22,730 bases of DNA from a virus. Its lineage: Duplodnaviria > Heunggongvirae > Uroviricota > Caudoviricetes. A program made the translations under genes and the position numbers. The notes under the pieces were generated by a model. It was given only the letters and a program-made list of their open reading frames with translations, was not told the DNA's origin and made no database searches. This document shows positions 8,827 to 16,205 of this stretch, one piece after another (the stretch's first letter is position 1; every line of letters starts with the position of its first letter). Location: positions 1 through 22,730 of the IMG/VR virus record IMGVR_UViG_2675903433_000018; one strand, 5' to 3'.

Positions 8827-8870
8827 TTCCACGTTGATTAGTTGACATGGGCTAATCAGTAGGTGACAGG

Positions 8871-9323
8871 ATGTTACTTAACTGGCAGGGACGCCACTTC
8901 ATGGAAATAAATCACTCACGAATAACATCGTACGAGATTGCGGATTACATGATCCGCACTAAGTCTTTTCTATCAGCGAAAGAACTCGCAGCAATCCTTG
9001 AAAAGGAATACCCGCATCTGGATGTCGATAAGCGCGATGTTTATCTGCGCTTAAAGGCTATCGCTGTGTCTAAGTATTCGTCTGTTTTGATTGATGACAG
9101 TACACGCCCACGTAGATTTCAGATCCACTCTCTGAATCCTGAATTCTTTCGCCGTAGCCGCGCTCCGCGCCGGTTTGATGAAAAACTCCAGAACGAACTC
9201 TATATGACGCAGGACGAAAAGGAACGCCGGGAGCACCAGCCTTGGGTAATGGCGCGTCAACTTTTCAATAAGGTGGCCCGTCAGCACCGTCATTACGGTA
9301 ATGCCACATCCGCACGTATCTGA
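8871..9323 (+). CDS. lpa: Lpa, late promoter activator (P1 gene 10)
   Basis: 150-aa product matches P1 Lpa from memory; sits between the pdc genes and pacA as in P1; preceded by a C1-operator-like site. Confidence 0.75.
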   Translation: MLLNWQGRHFMEINHSRITSYEIADYMIRTKSFLSAKELAAILEKEYPHLDVDKRDVYLRLKAIAVSKYSSVLIDDSTRPRRFQIHSLNPEFFRRSRAPRRFDEKLQNELYMTQDEKERREHQPWVMARQLFNKVARQHRHYGNATSARI

Positions 9324-9408
9324 TTGATTGCTTGCCCGTTCCGGGCCTTTTGACATGTGACTTTCGTTACCCTCGCGTCAAAAAGAGTTTTTACGAAAGG
9401 AAGCATAA

Positions 9409-10602
9409 GTGACCTGGGACGATCACAAGAAGAATTTTGCTCGCCTGGCGCGAGATGGTGGTTACACCATCGCACAGTATGCCGCCGAGTTTAATCTTAA
9501 CCCTAATACCGCACGTCGTTATCTCCGTGCCTTCAAAGAAGACTCCAGGACTGCGGACAGCCGCAAGCCAAATAAGCCAGTCAGGAAGCCACTAAAAAGC
9601 ATGATCATTGATCACTCTAATGATCAACATGCAGGTGATCATATTGCGGCTGAAATAGCGGAAAAACAGAGAGTTAATGCCGTTATCAGTGCCGCAGTCG
9701 AGAATGCGAAGCGCCAAAATAAGCGCATAAATGATCGTTCAGATGATCATGACGTGATCACCCGCGCCCACCGGACCTTACGTGATCGCCTGGAACGCGA
9801 CACCCTGGATGATGATGGTGAACGCTTTGAATTCGAAGCTGGCGATTACCTGATAGATAACGTTGAAGCGCGGAAGGCCGCGCGCGCTATGTTGCGTCGG
9901 TCCGGGGCCGATGTTCTGGAAACCACTCTTCTTGAAAAGTCTCTTTCTCATCTCCTTATGCTGGAGAACGCCAGGGATACGTGTATTCGCCTGGTGCAGG
10001 AAATGCGCGATCAGCAAAAAGACGATGATGAAGGTACTCCGCCTGAATACCGTATCGCGAGCATGCTAAACAGCTGTTCCGCGCAGATAAGCAGTCTGAT
10101 CAACACCATTTACAGCATCCGGAATAACTATCGAAAAGAAAGCCGGGAGGCGGAAAAGCACGCTTTATCTATGGGGCAAGCTGGCATTGTTAAGCTGGCA
10201 TACGAACGAAAGCGTGAAAATAACTGGTCAGTGCTGGAAGCAGCTGAATTCATCGAGGCGCATGGTGGGAAAGTTCCGCCCCTGATGCTGGAGCAAATCA
10301 AAGCCGATCTGCGTGCTCCTAAGACCAATACCGATGATGAGGAAAGGCAAACAGCCGTCGGTGGCCCTTCTCTTGAAGATCTGGACAAAGTTGCGCGAGA
10401 ACGGGCCGCCAGCCGCCGCGCTGATGCCGCATTGTGGATTGAGCATCGTAGAGAAGAAATTGCCGATATCGTCGATACAGGTGGTTATGGTGATGTCGAT
10501 GCGGAAGGCATATCAAACGAAGCATGGCTTGAACAGGATCTGGACGAAAACGAGGAGGAAGACGAAGAAGTTACCCGCAAACTGTACGGGGATGATGATT
10601 AA
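9409..10602 (+). CDS. pacA: PacA, pac-cleavage terminase subunit
   Basis: 397-aa ORF starting GTG 9409 (MTWDDHKK…); contains the pac hexamer array internally; acidic C-terminus. Confidence 0.85.
9602..9760 (+). other. pac: pac packaging-initiation site: clusters of Dam-methylatable hexamers (4 x TGATCA, then TGATCG + 2 x TGATCA)
   Basis: TGATCA at 9602, 9609, 9621, 9636; TGATCG at 9732; TGATCA at 9744, 9755; this 4 + 3 layout inside pacA matches the P1 pac site. Confidence 0.8.
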
Positions 10603-12086
10603 TGGCCAGAAGTTGCGTAACGGACCCACGTTGGCGCGAGCTGGTGGCGCTATATCGTTATGACTGGATTGCGGCCGCTGATGTGTTGTTTGGGAAGACA
10701 CCAACCTGGCAGCAGGATGAGATCATTGAGTCCACGCAGCAGGACGGCAGTTGGACAAGTGTGACCTCCGGCCATGGTACTGGTAAGTCGGATATGACGA
10801 GTATCATTGCAATACTCTTCATCATGTTTTTCCCCGGCGCTCGCGTTATTCTGGTCGCTAACAAAAGACAGCAAGTCCTTGATGGTATTTTCAAATACAT
10901 AAAGAGCAATTGGGCTACTGCTGTTAGCAGATTCCCGTGGTTGTCGAAGTATTTCATTCTTACAGAAACGTCTTTTTTTGAGGTGACTGGCAAGGGTGTT
11001 TGGACAATATTGATAAAGTCCTGTCGCCCCGGAAATGAGGAGGCGTTGGCTGGTGAACACGCCGATCATCTCTTGTATATCATCGACGAAGCGTCGGGTG
11101 TGAGTGATAAAGCATTCAGTGTGATAACAGGTGCGCTGACCGGTAAGGATAACCGTATTCTGCTTCTTTCCCAGCCTACGCGACCTTCAGGCTATTTCTA
11201 CGATTCACACCACAGACTAGCTATTCGCCCGGGAAATCCTGATGGATTGTTTACTGCGATAATACTGAATAGTGAAGAATCTCCGCTTGTAGATGCAAAA
11301 TTTATACGAGCAAAACTTGCGGAGTATGGCGGTCGTGATAACCCCATGTACATGATCAAAGTACGTGGTGAATTTCCCAAATCTCAAGATGGCTTTCTTC
11401 TTGGTCGTGATGAGGTTGAGCGGGCGACGCGGCGAAAGGTCAAGATTGCCAAAGGATGGGGCTGGGTTGCATGTGTTGACGTTGCTGGTGGCACAGGACG
11501 AGATAAGTCCGTTATTAATATCATGATGGTGTCCGGCCAGCGAAATAAACGCCGTGTAATCAACTATCGTATGCTGGAATACACAGACGTTACAGAAACG
11601 CAGTTAGCCGCCAAGATTTTCGCAGAATGTAACCCAGAACGGTTCCCGAACATAACCATAGCTATTGATGGCGATGGCTTGGGGAAATCGACGGCTGATC
11701 TGATGTACGAACGCTATGGTATTACCGTCCAGCGTATCCGCTGGGGTAAAAAGATGCACAGCCGTGAAGATAAAAGCCTTTATTTCGATATGCGCGCTTT
11801 CGCGAATATTCAGGCGGCAGAAGCTGTAAAATCAGGGCGTATGCGGCTTGATAAGGGGGCTGCGACTATAGAGGAAGCATCAAAGATACCGGTAGGGATA
11901 AATTCCGCAGGTCAATGGAAGGTGATGTCAAAGGAAGATATGAAGAAAAAACTCAACCTGCACTCACCGGACCATTGGGATACATATTGTTTCGCTATGT
12001 TGGCGAACTATGTTCCCCAAGATGAAGTGCTTAGCGTCGAAGACGAAGCGCAGGTTGATGAAGCTCTGGCATGGCTTAATGAATGA
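10602..12086 (+). CDS. pacB: PacB, large terminase subunit
   Basis: 494-aa ORF, ATG overlapping the pacA stop (TAATG); size and position match P1 PacB. Confidence 0.85.
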
Positions 12087-12089
12087 ATA

Positions 12090-12106
12090 TTTGCTCTAAT
12101 AAATTG
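12090..12106 (+). promoter_or_regulatory. C1-operator-like 17-mer immediately after pacB, overlapping a candidate promoter
   Basis: TTTGCTCTAATAAATTG (15/17 to remembered consensus); followed by TTGTGT-17-TACATT (12104-12132). Confidence 0.45.
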
Positions 12107-12138
12107 TGTTTTTTAACTACCGATGTTACATTGAGCCT

Positions 12139-12259
12139 GACCTCTTGCGCCTTGAGGCATTTTCGGTTTATGCTTATCAGGCACCTCATTAAAACGGGTG
12201 CCGGGATTGGCCTCCCGCTTAAGTCTAAGGCGATACAGACGCCGCTCGCGTCTTTTTTT
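12139..12259 (+). ncRNA. Putative small structured RNA (c4-like antisense repressor candidate) ending at an intrinsic terminator
   Basis: Candidate promoter upstream; nested hairpins (GCCTGA…TCAGGC enclosing CCTC…GAGG); ends at GACGC-cgctc-GCGTC + T7 (12238-12259); contains ATTGGCCTCC, complementary to the downstream RBS region, and a copy of GTCTAAGG. Confidence 0.3.
12238..12259 (+). terminator. Rho-independent terminator
   Basis: GACGC-cgctc-GCGTC followed by TTTTTTT. Confidence 0.6.
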
Positions 12260-12424
12260 GTATCGGCGTACACGCACACCTCTACAATGGTGGGCTGTAT
12301 GGGGCTACCTTCGGGTAGGCTGGTTACCTTGGACGCCAGTAAGGCCAACTCCGTACAGTCCACCGCCAGCAAGATTGGTCTCTTCTGCGGTGGTTACATA
12401 CCAACGTCTAAGGAGGCTGCCAAT

Positions 12425-12646
12425 ATGGCTACTATCCCTACCCCAACTCATCCTGAATTTATCTGGCGCTTTTACTCCTGCCAAAAACGTCACTATCACT
12501 TCGTTATTGCACCAACAGAAGATGAGGCTCGCTCTCAGCTTCCTGACGCCCCATGTATTTTCTCTGCCCGTTTTTCCACTGATTCACGCAATTCTCTCAG
12601 TTACTGGTGCCTCCCTGTTAACGCTTCTGCTCAGGAGGGACTATGA
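12425..12646 (+). CDS. Small 73-aa protein translationally coupled to the antirepressor gene (icd-like by position and size)
   Basis: AAGGAGG RBS 8 nt upstream of ATG 12425; stop overlaps the ant start (ATGA); the longer ORF-track entries 12083-12646 and 12198-12668 run across the terminator and are unlikely to be real. Confidence 0.55.
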   Translation: MATIPTPTHPEFIWRFYSCQKRHYHFVIAPTEDEARSQLPDAPCIFSARFSTDSRNSLSYWCLPVNASAQEGL

Positions 12647-13761
12647 GAACGTCATTAGTCACCCGTGAAGAGATGATCGAGGCAATTGAACAGCACACAA
12701 TCTGTATCAGCACCAGGGATATACCTGGCGTTATTGCCAACTACTTCATGATCACCAAACAACTTTACCGGAGAAAGGACAAGAACGCGGTTCACCGTAT
12801 CCTGTTGTCTGATATCCGCGAATACCTGCTCGAACAGGGTCATCTGAATTACGCAACCGTCGCAGCCGAAGCACGCAAGGAGGCACACAGAATGAAAGCA
12901 AATAACGTTAAATTAGAAAAAATTCATGCACCTTCAGTTCAGGAATCGGAGCTGGTGGTTGTTCAGAATCAGTCTGATGAAATTCCCGTTCTGGAATGGC
13001 AGGGAGTGCGTGTAGTGACAACCGAGACTCTTGCGAGAGGGTATGGGACAGAAACAATCCGTATTCGCCAAAATCATCATGAGAACAAAGTACGCTTTGT
13101 TGAAGGGAAGCACTTTTTCAAAGTTGAAGGAGAATCATTGCGCGAGTTGAAGCACAGAGTAGCTTTAAACTACTCTGTAAAAATTGCTCGCAATGTTCGC
13201 TCACTCACCCTCTGGACAGAACGCGGCGCAGCCCGCCACGCTAAAATGCTCGAAACCGATCAGGCATGGGCATTCTTTGAAAAACTGGAAGACAGCTACT
13301 TCCGGCAAAAAGAACAGCAACCGGTTGCAATCCCCCAGACGCTTCCAGAAGCTCTGCGCCTGGCTGCCGAACTGGCTGAACAAAAGCAACTTCTGGAACA
13401 GAAAGCCCACCAGCTAAATCAGCAGCTGGTGGCCGCCGCTCCTAAGGTCGATTTTGCCGACCGGGTATCAGTGGCCAAGGGGATCCTGATTGGGAATTTT
13501 GCAAAGGTTGTTGGACTTAAGCAAAACGCGCTGTTTGTCTGGTTACGGGAGAACGGCATCCTGATAGCGTCCGGTGGACGTAAAAATGTGCCGTTCCAGC
13601 AGTACATCAACGCGGGGTATTTCACGGTGAAAGAAGTGGTGCTGGATGATGAAGATGGCTACCAGATACGGTTGACGCCTCAATTAACGGGTAAAGGCCA
13701 GCAGTGGTTGACGCGTAAACTGCTCGATGCTGGCTTGTTAAAACCGGTGGCGGCTGAATAA
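12643..13761 (+). CDS. ant: Phage antirepressor (ORF6N/BRO-N-like central domain plus KilAC/Ant C-terminal domain), Ant1-like
   Basis: 372-aa ORF; central region (VLEWQGVRVVTTETLARGYG…KHFFKVEGESL…) resembles the AntA/ORF6N domain and the C-terminus (…NVPFQQYINAGYFTVKEV…TPQLTGKGQQWL…) resembles KilAC/Ant; AGGAGG RBS. Confidence 0.7.
   Translation: MRTSLVTREEMIEAIEQHTICISTRDIPGVIANYFMITKQLYRRKDKNAVHRILLSDIREYLLEQGHLNYATVAAEARKEAHRMKANNVKLEKIHAPSVQESELVVVQNQSDEIPVLEWQGVRVVTTETLARGYGTETIRIRQNHHENKVRFVEGKHFFKVEGESLRELKHRVALNYSVKIARNVRSLTLWTERGAARHAKMLETDQAWAFFEKLEDSYFRQKEQQPVAIPQTLPEALRLAAELAEQKQLLEQKAHQLNQQLVAAAPKVDFADRVSVAKGILIGNFAKVVGLKQNALFVWLRENGILIASGGRKNVPFQQYINAGYFTVKEVVLDDEDGYQIRLTPQLTGKGQQWLTRKLLDAGLLKPVAAE
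12892..13761 (+). CDS. In-frame internal start giving a shorter antirepressor isoform (Ant2-like)
   Basis: AAGGAGG RBS 8 nt upstream of in-frame ATG 12892 (MKANNVKL…), giving a 289-aa product; P1 ant is described as producing two in-frame products. Confidence 0.4.
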   Translation: MKANNVKLEKIHAPSVQESELVVVQNQSDEIPVLEWQGVRVVTTETLARGYGTETIRIRQNHHENKVRFVEGKHFFKVEGESLRELKHRVALNYSVKIARNVRSLTLWTERGAARHAKMLETDQAWAFFEKLEDSYFRQKEQQPVAIPQTLPEALRLAAELAEQKQLLEQKAHQLNQQLVAAAPKVDFADRVSVAKGILIGNFAKVVGLKQNALFVWLRENGILIASGGRKNVPFQQYINAGYFTVKEVVLDDEDGYQIRLTPQLTGKGQQWLTRKLLDAGLLKPVAAE

Positions 13762-13769
13762 TGGAAGAA

Positions 13770-13791
13770 TGCCCGGTTGATGCCGGGCATA
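13770..13791. terminator. Hairpin between convergent ant and c1 (bidirectional terminator candidate)
   Basis: ATGCCCGG-ttgat-GCCGGGCAT in the 32-bp gap between the two stop codons. Confidence 0.45.
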
Positions 13792-13793
13792 AT

Positions 13794-14645
13794 TTATTGC
13801 GCGCTTTCGGGGTTGTCGTTTACTGGCTGCCCCTTCTTGGTTTTACGGCTGCGCGCAACTGATGCGGCTGACTTAACCTTTTTCTCTTCGCGAGTGATGG
13901 CAATTTGTTTTTTTACATTTTCAATATCTGCCAGGCGATATATTTTTGCCTGCGGCCAGCGGTCGCAGATGATCGGTTCTATAGAGTCATAAAGGCTAAA
14001 TTTTGCTTTCTCGAATTCACCGTTGATGATGATTCCATCACGGAGAGTTTCATCGCAGATAAACACACCACACAGCGGCACATGGTAACTAACTGATTTA
14101 CCATCATTGTAGTTAGGGCTACTGGAAATGTAATGGACGCGCAGCATTGTTTCGCTAAAGCCGTGTACACGCATACGGAATTTTTCATCCTCCGGGTACT
14201 GCTTCATTAGCTCTTTTGTTGCTTCCAGGTTCTCTATGTATTTCGCACTGTGCTCATTGATCCCCGCGCTTTTCTGGATGCGAATGTCCTTATCAATCAG
14301 ATGAATAATGCGGCCAGCGGTCATGTTGACGCTGTTCACAGCTTCTGTCTGATAAGTTGTAACCTTACGCACACCGCGAAGGATGTTAGGCACTGGATAT
14401 AAAATAGTCTTTGGGATATTGAGGTCTGGGTACTGTTCCAGTTCCCGCGCCATTAAAGTCCATTTATCAATTTCAGCCTGAATGCTGTCCGTTTCTTTGA
14501 ACGGCAGAACGACAACCGGGCGTACAGGACGACCGTCGCTGGCGGCATCAACGTGTTGGGCGCGTGCAACAGCTTTTTTTAGAAAGAGATCCCTGAAGCT
14601 GACGAACTCCTGGTACAGTTGTTCGCCGTAGACATAATTTATCAT
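13794..14645 (-). CDS. c1: C1 repressor of lysogeny
   Basis: 283-aa product (MINYVYGEQLYQEFVSFRDLFLKK…) matches P1 C1 from memory; GGAGGAGG RBS. Confidence 0.9.
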   Translation of the reverse strand: MINYVYGEQLYQEFVSFRDLFLKKAVARAQHVDAASDGRPVRPVVVLPFKETDSIQAEIDKWTLMARELEQYPDLNIPKTILYPVPNILRGVRKVTTYQTEAVNSVNMTAGRIIHLIDKDIRIQKSAGINEHSAKYIENLEATKELMKQYPEDEKFRMRVHGFSETMLRVHYISSSPNYNDGKSVSYHVPLCGVFICDETLRDGIIINGEFEKAKFSLYDSIEPIICDRWPQAKIYRLADIENVKKQIAITREEKKVKSAASVARSRKTKKGQPVNDNPESAQ

Positions 14646-14667
14646 TGATCCTCCTCCAGAATTGACA

Positions 14668-14710
14668 TGGCCAACAACTCACAGCGGATTACACTGGGAG
14701 TTGTTGGCCA
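14668..14710 (-). other. Perfect 13-bp inverted repeat (stem-loop) in the coi-c1 intercistronic region
   Basis: TGGCCAACAACTC-(17 nt)-GAGTTGTTGGCCA. Confidence 0.5.
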
Positions 14711-14738
14711 CCATTATAGAAGGATCCAACGAAAATAA

Positions 14739-14755
14739 TAGATTTATTAGTGCAT
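14739..14755 (-). promoter_or_regulatory. Weak C1-operator-like site upstream of c1
   Basis: Minus-strand reading approximates ATTGCTCTAATAAATTT at about 14/17. Confidence 0.3.
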
Positions 14756-14965
14756 TTATTGTGAGTCTGGCTGGTTAGTGGCCATGAGATATTCGATTGT
14801 GTCAGTGAGATCATCCAGGTCGTCTTGGGTGATGCGGTACTCCTGATTGGATATCTTTGAGTAGTGTTCAGCAATGGCGCGGGCAGCGTCGGTTTCGGCA
14901 GGGTCTACAGATAAAGCGTTAGAGCAATGTCTAACGTCGTCGATGGTTGGTTGAATGAAAGCCAT
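14756..14965 (-). CDS. coi: Coi, C1 inactivator
   Basis: 69-aa product MAFIQPTIDDVRHCSNALSVDPAETDAARAIAEHYSKISNQEYRITQDDLDDLTDTIEYLMATNQPDSQ matches P1 Coi; directly upstream of c1 on the same strand. Confidence 0.85.
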   Translation of the reverse strand: MAFIQPTIDDVRHCSNALSVDPAETDAARAIAEHYSKISNQEYRITQDDLDDLTDTIEYLMATNQPDSQ

Positions 14966-15202
14966 AATTATGCCTCACTGTATTGACAACACAGAGCCTG
15001 AAGCTCTGACCTACTGTTTCACCCATGATCCATGCTGGGGTAATCTAACAACATTGCGCTGTGTGTAAGATGAGCAATGCATAGCTGTAATGCCGTTGTA
15101 TAAGGTTTCCCTGTTTGCTCATTTCCTTCTGAGCCGCTCTACAACGCTGAAGACACATTAAATAGTGAATCCAAAGTCGTATTACGAAACGGCGGCAAAC
15201 TA

Positions 15203-15219
15203 TAATTTATTAGAGCAAT
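15203..15219 (-). promoter_or_regulatory. C1 operator (minus orientation)
   Basis: Reverse complement reads ATTGCTCTAATAAATTA (16/17 to consensus). Confidence 0.55.
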
Positions 15220-15284
15220 TGTCAAACAACTATGAAAAACAATCCAGTTTTTGGCTGGTGGAGTGGGATTTTTCTCTCAAAATT

Positions 15285-15301
15285 TATTGCTCTAATAATT
15301 C
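15285..15301 (+). promoter_or_regulatory. C1-operator-like site (plus orientation)
   Basis: ATTGCTCTAATAATTCT, about 14/17 to consensus; about 45 bp upstream of loxP. Confidence 0.45.
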
Positions 15302-15345
15302 TTGATTTTTATGCGCAGCTGGACGTAAACTCCTCTTCGGACCTA

Positions 15346-15379
15346 ATAACTTCGTATAGCATACATTATACGAAGTTAT
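15346..15379 (+). other. loxP: loxP site-specific recombination site
   Basis: Exact ATAACTTCGTATA-GCATACAT-TATACGAAGTTAT (13-bp inverted arms, 8-bp asymmetric spacer). Confidence 0.97.
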
Positions 15380-15451
15380 CTTAAGGGTTATTGAACATGA
15401 TTAATTTACCTGTAAATCCATACAGTTCAATACCTTATCAGGTCAAATAGT

Positions 15452-15545
15452 GATCACTTGATCATTTGATCAAGGTTGCGCTACGTAAAATCTGCGAAAT
15501 GTTGGCAGTGTTAGTGCTCCAGATTTCGCGTAGCGCACTTAGCAC
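15452..15545 (+). promoter_or_regulatory. GATC (Dam) triplet cluster plus long imperfect inverted repeat in the region upstream of cra/cre
   Basis: GATC at 15452, 15460, 15468 (TGATCACTTGATCATTTGATCA); GCGCTACG…CGAAAT / ATTTCGCGTAGCGC inverted repeat at about 15478-15540. Confidence 0.4.
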
Positions 15546-15568
15546 CACCAATCAATCAGAGGTGAAAA

Positions 15569-15790
15569 ATGGGATATTCAGCTGCTAAAGTGTCCACTCA
15601 TCTTGAGCTTGAGAAAAACCGTGGTTACTGGCGGGCAAAATGGTTTGAGCGTGATAGTTACCAACTGTCATTATCTCGCGGTGAAGAGAAAATAGAACGC
15701 ACGCGCGGTCGCTGGCGTTTCTATGACGAGAACCATAACCAGGTAAAGGCAGAGCCAATCCTGTACACTCTGCTGAAAACAATAATTTAA
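15569..15790 (+). CDS. Hypothetical small basic protein between loxP and cra
   Basis: 73-aa ORF with GAGGTG RBS; Arg/Trp-rich. Confidence 0.45.
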   Translation: MGYSAAKVSTHLELEKNRGYWRAKWFERDSYQLSLSRGEEKIERTRGRWRFYDENHNQVKAEPILYTLLKTII

Positions 15791-15809
15791 CTTGATCATG
15801 AGGTGATGA

Positions 15810-16205
15810 ATGTTTAATGGCCTGACAGATGCCAAGGTAAACGCCTTACTGAACGACGCAAAACAAAAAGCTGCTAACCCTGGAACGAATGAAAATGAAC
15901 GTGCTATGGCTGTTGCAATTTGGGAGTTAGCAGAAGAAGTAAAGCGAAACCGCTTACTATACACTCGGGTTTACCAGCAATTTGATGGTGCGAGCTGGAT
16001 AGATATCGAAGAGGCTGAATATGCAACATGCAAAAAAGAAAAAAAGATTGTTCGGATTTTGCATAAAGCAGCAACCCCAATCACTGTAGAAATCCCCGAT
16101 CACAGATATTTCGAGAACGATGATCTACCAGGGGATGTGATTCGAATTATTGATGAGATACTTCATGAACAAGGCTTAACTGTTAAAATCACGCATAATA
16201 AATGA
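15810..16205 (+). CDS. cra: Cre-associated protein (cra-like), translationally coupled to cre
   Basis: 131-aa ORF, GAGGTGA RBS; stop overlaps the cre ATG (ATGA). Confidence 0.55.
   Translation: MFNGLTDAKVNALLNDAKQKAANPGTNENERAMAVAIWELAEEVKRNRLLYTRVYQQFDGASWIDIEEAEYATCKKEKKIVRILHKAATPITVEIPDHRYFENDDLPGDVIRIIDEILHEQGLTVKITHNK

Noticed and set aside
7801-8837. Minus- and plus-strand ORFs inside the large pdc-like gene (7801-8076, 7865-8155, 7893-8141, 8300-8494, 8523-8837)
   Set aside because: Fully nested in or overlapping the 347-aa coding region, without independent start signals.
9051-12372. Antisense and alternate-frame ORFs within lpa, pacA and pacB (for example 10128-10388, 10650-11069, 10658-10993)
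   Set aside because: Embedded in well-supported terminase and lpa genes; no start signals.
12224-12413. The 8-bp direct repeat GTCTAAGG read as the target-site duplication of an insertion
   Set aside because: No inverted terminal repeats or mobility gene lie between the copies; the repeat is better explained as the sRNA/target-site mimicry discussed in the findings.
12083-12668. Two long overlapping plus-strand ORFs (187 aa and 156 aa) across the pacB-ant intergenic region
   Set aside because: They run straight across an intrinsic terminator and the structured RNA region, and have odd Ser/Thr/Pro/Arg-rich composition. Only the last 73 codons of the first (from ATG 12425, with a strong RBS) look like a real gene.
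13184-14188. Small ORFs inside ant and c1 (13184-13417, 13201-13410, 13419-13625, 13777-13992, 13905-14096, 13979-14188)
   Set aside because: Embedded in confidently identified genes.
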